Shown here: piece by piece, positions 57,828-64,000 of the stretch
Numbering within the stretch: position 1 is the first letter of the stretch
Layout: every line of letters begins with the position of its first letter
Assembly (NCBI GenBank): GCA_051001975.1
Contig: JBPCMU010000076.1
Location: forward strand, 4,836-68,835
Source: Jatrophihabitans sp.
GTDB lineage: Bacteria > Actinomycetota > Actinomycetes > Mycobacteriales > Jatrophihabitantaceae
Length of the DNA: 64,000 bases
Direction: 5' to 3'
The notes under the pieces: generated by a model
Told to the model about the DNA's origin: nothing
Databases searched by the model: none
What the model saw: only the letters and a program-made list of their open reading frames with translations
Made by a program: the position numbers and the translations under genes

Positions 57828-58850
57828 TCAGCGCAGGATGAAGCCCGTCCCGAGATCATCCGCCGGGTCGAGATAGAAGGTGCTCTCCGCGGTCCGGAAC
57901 GCCATCCCGTCGATCGCTGTCGCCACCACATCGCGGGCACCGTCGTTACTCGTCGAGAGGACGCGCCCGGTGAACGTGGTTCCGATGATGGAGTCGTGGA
58001 TCAGTACCTGGCCGACTGCCAGCCGACCTTCGCCGCTGAGCAAGGCAAGCCGCGCCGAGGTGCCGGAACCGCAGGGCGACCTGTCGACCTCACCGTCGGC
58101 GAAGACGGTGACGTTGCGCTGATGCGGGCCGGTCGACGTCGGCGCGAGATCGTCGAAGAGGATCGTGCCGTAGATACCGTCCAGGCGCGGGTCGCTCGGA
58201 TGCCGGGCCCACTCGGTGGCATTCAGCGCCCACTTGATCTCGCGCCCGACACCGATGAGCTCCGCGTAGTGCTCCGGGGTCACGCTGAGGCCGAGGTCCG
58301 CGGCGCGCACCGAAGCGTAGATCGCTCCGCCGTAGCTCACGTCTGCCTGCACCGCGCCGCGGCCGGTCGCCACCTCGATACCGCGACCGAGCACATAGGA
58401 GTCGATGTTGTGGAAGCTGACCCCGGTCACCGCGCCTGCCGTGCAGGTGACCCGGGCGGTGACCCGGCCGGACGGCACGTCCATCACGACATCGGTGTCC
58501 CCGTCCGGCTGCGACTCGACCCGACCGCTGGCCACCGCCCATGCGCCCAACGCGATCGTGCCGTGCCCGCAGGCCGTCGAATAGCCGTCCTTGTGCCAGA
58601 ACAGTGCGCCGAAATGTGCACCCGCGTCGTCGGGTGGGACCACGAAGCAGCCGTACATGTCGGCGTGACCACGTGGCTCTCGGACCAGCAGTTCGCGCAC
58701 GGCGTCGATCTCGGGCGATGCCGTCGCGGTGGCGCGCCGCTGAAGCACGGTGTCCCCGGCCGGTGTCGGCGCCCCGGAGATGACGATCCGGAACGGCTCC
58801 CCCGCGGTGTGGTAGTCGGTGGTCCGGATCGGTCCGATCGCCAGGCTCAC
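57828..58850 (-). CDS. proline racemase / 4-hydroxyproline epimerase family enzyme (Cys/Cys type)
   Basis: GTG start at 58850 (GTGA overlap). Catalytic motifs STACGHG and DRSPCGSGT. The 775-aa track ORF is an artefactual extension. Confidence 0.85.
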   Translation of the reverse strand: MSLAIGPIRTTDYHTAGEPFRIVISGAPTPAGDTVLQRRATATASPEIDAVRELLVREPRGHADMYGCFVVPPDDAGAHFGALFWHKDGYSTACGHGTIALGAWAVASGRVESQPDGDTDVVMDVPSGRVTARVTCTAGAVTGVSFHNIDSYVLGRGIEVATGRGAVQADVSYGGAIYASVRAADLGLSVTPEHYAELIGVGREIKWALNATEWARHPSDPRLDGIYGTILFDDLAPTSTGPHQRNVTVFADGEVDRSPCGSGTSARLALLSGEGRLAVGQVLIHDSIIGTTFTGRVLSTSNDGARDVVATAIDGMAFRTAESTFYLDPADDLGTGFILR

Positions 58851-59488
58851 CGTTGCCCGGCCAATGCGTCGACCGGATCGCCCCGGCGCAGCCTGACCCG
58901 GGACGTCGGCAGCCTGCCGAAGAGCTTCAACGAGAGTTGACTGGCCGGACCGATGCATAGGGCGAAGGCCACCGTGCCGAAGCCGATATTGCCACCCAGC
59001 ACCCAGCCCACCGCGAGCACGGTCATCTCGAGGCCAGTCCGGGTCAGCCGGATCGACCAGCCGGTGCGGTGCGCCAACCCGGTCATCAGGCCGTCCCGCG
59101 GGCCTGGGCCCATGCCGACCGAGATGTACATTCCCGTGGCCAGTCCGCACGCCGCGATCCCGGCGACGGTGAAGGTGATCCGGGTGGCGAGCAGATGCGG
59201 GGTGGGCAGCACATCCAGGAAGGCGTTCAGGCTCAGTCCGATCAGTAGGACGTTGCTGATCGTGCCGAACCCCGGTCGCTCGCGCAGCGGGATCCAGCCC
59301 AGCAGCACGATGGCGCCGACGATGATGACCACCACGCCCAGCGAGATGTCGATGCGCTTGGACAGACCCTGGTGGAACACATCCCATGGATCGAGCCCGA
59401 GGCGGCCACGCACCATCAGCGCGCTGGACAGGCCGTAGATGATCAGACCGATCCACATCTGGACCACCCGAAGGCCGGTTGCACGCAC
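58847..59488 (-). CDS. YczE-like membrane protein
   Basis: 213 aa: GLSSALMVRGRLGLDPWDVFHQGL...GPGPRDGLM. Confidence 0.7.
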   Translation of the reverse strand: MRATGLRVVQMWIGLIIYGLSSALMVRGRLGLDPWDVFHQGLSKRIDISLGVVVIIVGAIVLLGWIPLRERPGFGTISNVLLIGLSLNAFLDVLPTPHLLATRITFTVAGIAACGLATGMYISVGMGPGPRDGLMTGLAHRTGWSIRLTRTGLEMTVLAVGWVLGGNIGFGTVAFALCIGPASQLSLKLFGRLPTSRVRLRRGDPVDALAGQR

Positions 59489-59543
59489 GATTCACCATGC
59501 TGCCTGGTGCGGCAGTGAAACGCGCGAGCCAGCGATCCGGAAA

Positions 59544-59565
59544 TGGTCTGGTCCGAACCAGACCA
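59544..59565. promoter_or_regulatory. perfect inverted repeat TGGTCTGGT-CCGA-ACCAGACCA in the YczE/MocR divergent region
   Basis: 9-bp arms with a 4-nt spacer, read directly. Candidate MocR operator. Confidence 0.5.
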
Positions 59566-59585
59566 TCTGGTGGCAGAGTGGCCTG

Positions 59586-61052
59586 GTGCCCGCCTTCTCC
59601 AGGATCAGTGGCCGCGCCACCACCGCGCTGCTGCCCGCCCTCGCCGACGCCCGCGGACCCCGCTATTCCGCCCTGGCCGGTGCGCTCGCCGGACTGATCC
59701 TCGACGGCCGGATCGCTCCAGCCACCCGGCTGCCGTCCGAACGCGAACTGGCGGCCAGCCTGCACGTCTCCCGGGCGACCGTCACCGCCGCCTATGACGT
59801 GCTCCGCGAGCAGAGCTTCCTCAGCAGCCGCAGTGGTTCGGGCAGTGTGGCGACCTTGCCACCCAGTGCCACGCTGCGGGCCGGCTCGGCGCGGTGGATC
59901 GCCCCTGGCGCGCGCCGCGACGGCCAGCTTCCCGCGGACGTCATCGACCTGACCTGCGCAACGCTGCCGGCGCCGGCCGATCACCTGGCTGACGCCGTCG
60001 CCGTCGCGGCCGCCGAGTTGCCCGAGCACGCCGAGGGCGAAGGTTACGAGCCGGTCGGCCTGCCTGCCTTGCGCGCGGCCGTGGCGGCTCGCTTCGAGCA
60101 GCGCGGTCTGCCCACCACTCCCGATCAGATCCTGATCACCAACGGTGCGCTGCACGGCACGGATCTGGTGCTGCGCTTGCTGGTCGGCGCCGGCGACCGG
60201 GTGCTGACCGAGCTGCCCACCTACTCGGGGCTGCTCGACGCGGTGCGCGGGTCGGGTACCCGACTTGTTCCGGTGCCGATGTCGCCGGACGGCGGGTGGC
60301 AGGTCCAGGCGATGACCGCCGCGCTGCGGCAGAGCGCTCCGCAGCTGGCATTACTGATCCCGGACTACCAGAATCCGACCGGTGCGCTCATCCCCGAGTC
60401 CGACCGTCGTGAGGTGTTGCAGGCGGCCCGGCGGGTGGGCACCACCGTCGTCGTCGACGAGTCGTTCGTGGACCTCTCGATGAACCCTGGCGCGACCTCG
60501 GTGCCGCCGACCGCCCTGCTGGACCGGTCGGTGATCACCGTCGGCTCGATGTCGAAACCGTTCTGGGGTGGGCTGCGCACCGGCTGGGTGCGAGCCTCCG
60601 CCGAGATGATCAGCAGGCTGGCCGCGGTACGTGCCGGGATCGACATGGGCGGCTCCATCCTCGATCAGCTGGTCGCCACCGCCGTCTTCCCGCACCTGGA
60701 CGAGATCGCGGCACACCGCCGGGCCGAGTTGCGACCGAGGCGTGACGCGCTGGTCGCCGCCGTTGCCGCCCGGCTGCCCGGCTGGCGCACCCGCGTCCCG
60801 GACGGCGGATTGGCACTATGGATCGAATTGGACGCCGCGCTGTCCACACCGCTGTCGATGACGGCGCCGCAGTTCGGCGTGCGGATCGTGCCGGGTTCGC
60901 GCTTCGGCGTTGACGGCACGCTGGAGCGGTTCCTGCGGCTGCCCTACACGCTGGCCGAACCGGTGTTGACGCAAGCCGTCGATCGCATCGCGTCAGCGTG
61001 GGAGTCGCTCGACTCGCGGGCCACCGGCTACACCCCGCTCATCGTCGCTTAA
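59586..61052 (+). CDS. MocR/GabR-type regulator (GntR HTH fused to an aminotransferase-like domain)
   Basis: RLPSERELAASLHVSRATVTAAYDVLREQSF, then a fold-type I domain (GSMSKPFWGGLRTGW). Start approximate (GTG at 59586). Confidence 0.8.
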   Translation: MPAFSRISGRATTALLPALADARGPRYSALAGALAGLILDGRIAPATRLPSERELAASLHVSRATVTAAYDVLREQSFLSSRSGSGSVATLPPSATLRAGSARWIAPGARRDGQLPADVIDLTCATLPAPADHLADAVAVAAAELPEHAEGEGYEPVGLPALRAAVAARFEQRGLPTTPDQILITNGALHGTDLVLRLLVGAGDRVLTELPTYSGLLDAVRGSGTRLVPVPMSPDGGWQVQAMTAALRQSAPQLALLIPDYQNPTGALIPESDRREVLQAARRVGTTVVVDESFVDLSMNPGATSVPPTALLDRSVITVGSMSKPFWGGLRTGWVRASAEMISRLAAVRAGIDMGGSILDQLVATAVFPHLDEIAAHRRAELRPRRDALVAAVAARLPGWRTRVPDGGLALWIELDAALSTPLSMTAPQFGVRIVPGSRFGVDGTLERFLRLPYTLAEPVLTQAVDRIASAWESLDSRATGYTPLIVA

Positions 61053-61133
61053 GGCCCTTCCCGTTTCCTGAACGCGCCAGCCGGCAAGCATCCGAGCTGG
61101 CCTCGTCGAACGGGAGGGTGTCGAGTTCGAACG

Positions 61134-61206
61134 CGAGGTTGTCGCGGTCGAGCGGGAGCTTTCGATCAAGTTCATCGGCGTGTCGCGACGAAAAGCTCCC
61201 TCTCGG
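61134..61206 (+). repeat. structured repeat copy B (hairpin GGGAGCTTTCG...CGAAAAGCTCCC with loop GGCGTGTCG)
   Basis: Aligns with the minus strand of 1004-1080. Lies about 80 nt downstream of the co-oriented MocR gene. Confidence 0.6.
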
Positions 61207-61511
61207 CACTAGGAAGCGGCCCGACAACAGACCCCGACAGCCCAACCCGAGTACCCAACCACCCCTCGTCGGTGCCGCCCGAAATCCAGCCACGCCGGAA
61301 CACCACCCGAATCACCAGACCGCACCACGGTGCCGGCTCGAGCCCACCACGCGATGAGCGCTCGCGCGAAGAGAGCAGATCGCCCGCGCGAGCGCCAGCG
61401 AGCTTGCGGCCGAGCGGAGCGAGGGGTTCGGCTCAGAGTGGGCCCGAGCTTGCGAGGGTCCGCGAGGAACCGACAAAGCGATCAGTAAACACAGCGATCG
61501 TGAGACAGCGA

Positions 61512-62660
61512 TCATGTGACGACAGCGGCCACTGCGGCTGAGACGGCGGGAACGACGCGTGGGTCGAAGGCGGTCGGCAGGATGTAGTCGGCGCGCAGAT
61601 CGTCGCTGACGATGTTGCTCAATGCCGATGCGGCGGCGAGCTTCATCTCCTCGGTGATGGCCCGGGCGCCGGCGTCGAAGGCGCCCCTGAACACACCAGG
61701 AAACGCCAGCACGTTGTTGATCTGGTTCGGGAAGTCGCTGCGCCCCGTGGCCACCACGGCGGCGTGCCGCGCGGCCACGACCGGGTCGATCTCGGGTCGC
61801 GGGTTGGCCAACGCGAAGACGATCGCGTTCGGCGCCATCGCGGCGATGCTCTCCTCCGCCACTGCGCCGGCGCTCACGCCGAGGAACACGTCCGCGCCGA
61901 CCAGTGCCTCCGCGATCGTCCCCGAGTGCCCGGCGATGTTGGTCGTCGTGGCCAGCATCGACTTGACGTCGGTGAGGTCAGGACGAGCGCTGTGCACTAT
62001 GCCGCGCGAGTCGGCCACCGCGATGTCACCGATGCCCGCGGCCAACAGCATCGCGGTACACGCCACCCCGGCAGCTCCGGCACCCGAGACGACCATTCGC
62101 AGGTCCCCCAGCGAGCGTCCGGTCACCCGTGCCGCGTTCCGCAGCGCGGCGAGCACGACGATGGCCGTGCCGTGCTGATCGTCGTGCATGACCGGGATGG
62201 ACAACCGATCGATCAGCCGTCGCTCGATCTCGAAGCAGCGCGGCGCACTGATGTCCTCGAGGTTGATTCCGCCGAAGGACGGGGCGAGGCGCACGACGGT
62301 CTCGACGATCTCGTCGACATCGCGGGTATCGAGCACGATCGGCACGGCGTTGATCCCGGCGAACTCGGCGAACAGACCGGCCTTGCCCTCCATCACCGGT
62401 AATGCGGCCGCCGGCCCGATGTCGCCCAACCCGAGCACCGCGGTGCCGTCGCTGACGACCGCCACCAGGCGACCCCGCCAGGTGTAGCGATCGGCCAACG
62501 TCGGGTCGGCGGCGATCGCGCTGCTCACCGCGGCGACCCCCGGCGTGTACGCGATCGACAGCGCCTCCCGGGAGTTCAACGGCATCGTCGATCGCACGGC
62601 GAGTTTGCCGCCCTCGTGCGCCTGGAAGATTGCATCGTTCTCGGCGTTAGTGCTCGACAC
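61512..62660 (-). CDS. NAD(P)-dependent malic enzyme (short form)
   Basis: GTG start at 62660 preceded by [19 protein letters not shown]...AYTPGVA...[11 protein letters not shown]...NPRPEI. Confidence 0.9.
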   Translation of the reverse strand: MSSTNAENDAIFQAHEGGKLAVRSTMPLNSREALSIAYTPGVAAVSSAIAADPTLADRYTWRGRLVAVVSDGTAVLGLGDIGPAAALPVMEGKAGLFAEFAGINAVPIVLDTRDVDEIVETVVRLAPSFGGINLEDISAPRCFEIERRLIDRLSIPVMHDDQHGTAIVVLAALRNAARVTGRSLGDLRMVVSGAGAAGVACTAMLLAAGIGDIAVADSRGIVHSARPDLTDVKSMLATTTNIAGHSGTIAEALVGADVFLGVSAGAVAEESIAAMAPNAIVFALANPRPEIDPVVAARHAAVVATGRSDFPNQINNVLAFPGVFRGAFDAGARAITEEMKLAAASALSNIVSDDLRADYILPTAFDPRVVPAVSAAVAAVVT

Positions 62661-62768
62661 TGGTGCCTCCTCGATGACCGGCCCGCAGTCTGGCACGCGA
62701 GCGGCACGCTCAGCAGTGACGCGGCTTACCACCCGGATCGGCGCCGACCGCCGCGATAGGGTCGCCCG

Positions 62769-63377
62769 ATGCCCGGCCCGCAGTCCGAGACGTTGCCTTC
62801 CGACACGCAGCTGTGGCTCATCCGCCACGGCGAGACCGAGTGGAGCGCCTCGGGCCGGCACACCGGACGCACGGACGTCGACCTGACCGAACGCGGAGTC
62901 GCGCAAGCCGAAGCACTGCGCGGGATGCTGGTCGGCATCGAGCCCGCCCTGGTGCTGGTCAGCCCGCGGTTGCGCGCGCAGCGCACCGCGAAACTCGCCG
63001 GGTTCCCTGACGCGCAGATTCGCCCCGATCTCGCCGAGTGGGACTACGGCGACTACGAGGGCCTGACCACTTCGCAGATCGAACGGTCCGATCCGGGGTG
63101 GACGATCTGGACCGGCCGGGTCCCCGGCGGTGAGTCCGTGCACCGGGTGACCGTCCGCGCGGATGCCGTCCTTGCCGAGGCCGTCGCATCGCTGGCGACC
63201 GGGCCGGTGCTGCTGTTCGGCCACGGGCACATCAATCGAGCGCTGGCGGCTCGCTGGATCCGTCGGCCGCTGACCTCCGGCGGCGATTTCGCGCTGGGCA
63301 CGGCAGCACCATGCCTGCTCGGCGTGGAACACTCACAGCCGGTCGTGGTCCGGTGGAATCTGCCCAATCCGGCCTGA
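62769..63377 (+). CDS. histidine phosphatase family protein
   Basis: LWLIRHGETEWSASGRHTGRTD...GHGH. Confidence 0.85.
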   Translation: MPGPQSETLPSDTQLWLIRHGETEWSASGRHTGRTDVDLTERGVAQAEALRGMLVGIEPALVLVSPRLRAQRTAKLAGFPDAQIRPDLAEWDYGDYEGLTTSQIERSDPGWTIWTGRVPGGESVHRVTVRADAVLAEAVASLATGPVLLFGHGHINRALAARWIRRPLTSGGDFALGTAAPCLLGVEHSQPVVVRWNLPNPA

Positions 63378-63405
63378 CCCCGCGTACCAAGAGGAAAGGA
63401 CGACC

Positions 63406-63822
63406 GTGGAGACCGCGAACGTAACCCCGCAGCCGGAGACAACCACTCCGGAGACAGTGCAGTTGAGCGTTCCGGCGCACCCGGCGTATCTCGGTCTGGT
63501 CCGCACCGCGACCGCCGGCGTCGGTGCACGCCTCGACCTCACCATCGACGAGATCGAGGACCTGCGGCTGGCCGCCGACGAGGCGGGCTCCCTCGTCCTC
63601 GCACACGCCGTCGAGGGCAGCAACCTGGACGTCCGGTTCACACTTGCCGCCGAGCGGTTGACCATCGGCTTCTCCGCCAGGACCACCTCGACCACCCCGC
63701 CCGACGAGCAGAGTTTCGGTTGGACGGTGCTCGCCGCCCTGGCCGGTGAAGTGCGTGCGGATCTCTCCGACGGGCGACTGCTCATCGAGCTCGGGCACGT
63801 GCGCGCCGCCCGTTCGGCGTAG
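63406..63822 (+). CDS. anti-sigma factor (RsbW/UsfX-type, HATPase-like)
   Basis: 138 aa: AHPAYLGLVRTATAGVGARLDLTIDEIEDLRLAADEA. Immediately upstream of a sigma factor gene. Confidence 0.7.
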   Translation: METANVTPQPETTTPETVQLSVPAHPAYLGLVRTATAGVGARLDLTIDEIEDLRLAADEAGSLVLAHAVEGSNLDVRFTLAAERLTIGFSARTTSTTPPDEQSFGWTVLAALAGEVRADLSDGRLLIELGHVRAARSA

Positions 63823-63831
63823 GGAGCCGGA

Positions 63832-64000
63832 GTGACCGAGCCGACCCCCACCCCCCAGCCCGACGCGCCCACCGAGCGTGAGCTGCAGCGCGCCCAGGCC
63901 CGGGTGCTGTTCGCCGAGTTCGCCGCCTGCCCGCCCGACGACCCGCGCCGCGCTGCGCTGCGGGACCGGCTCGTCGCCATGCACCTGCCCATCGTCGAGT
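63832..64000 (+). CDS. SigF/SigB-type RNA polymerase sigma factor (5' part only)
   Basis: GTG at 63832. ...RAQARVLFAEFAACPPDDPRRAALRDRLVAMHLPIVE. Runs off the window. Confidence 0.65.
   Translation, partial: MTEPTPTPQPDAPTERELQRAQARVLFAEFAACPPDDPRRAALRDRLVAMHLPIVE

Overview
High-GC actinobacterial chromosome segment, with gene order and protein signatures typical of Actinomycetes. Conserved core genes flank one clear accessory region.

(1) Window start: hom(partial)-lysA-argS on the minus strand, an extradiol dioxygenase-like gene and tRNA-Arg(CCG).

(2) About 5.3-23.6 kb: an 18.3 kb integrated element bounded by a perfect 50-bp direct repeat of the 3' part of tRNA-Arg.
- It carries an integrase with an in-frame amber codon, an excisionase and a putative replication/HTH gene with internal iterons.
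- It also carries a RecT-like recombinase, a SWIM-finger protein, several orphan ORFs and an isolated 1296-aa tape-measure-like gene with no capsid, portal or terminase genes.
- After that come hicBA, a stand-alone SIR2_2-type (putative NADase) gene flanked by diverged copies of a small gene, and a tandem pair of tyrosine recombinases (one frameshifted).
- The SIR2 module is my best candidate for an undescribed or defence-type system, but it shows signs of decay.

(3) 23.7-28.7 kb: TetR, an fdxA-ArsR-membrane operon, a DUF2249/cupin protein, an amidase and a DMT transporter.

(4) 28.7-38.9 kb: a complete, translationally coupled hopanoid cluster (hpnC-hpnD-hpnE-polyprenyl synthase-shc-hpnG::ispH fusion-hpnH), with a divergent hpnO-like aminotransferase.

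(5) 38.9-51.6 kb: MFS/LysR pair, a DUF222-HNH gene, a sugar ABC uptake operon with PfkB kinase and a GH4 glycosidase, and an ABC-2 exporter.

(6) 51.7-64 kb: kgd, an oxidoreductase, a FUSC-like membrane protein, a proline-racemase-family/YczE/MocR unit, malic enzyme, a histidine phosphatase, and an anti-sigma factor with the start of a SigF/SigB-type sigma factor.

No rRNA and no CRISPR array were seen. Many long ORFs in the supplied track are antisense or N-terminally over-extended artefacts of high GC content. Several apparent frameshifts and nonsense codons need read-level verification.
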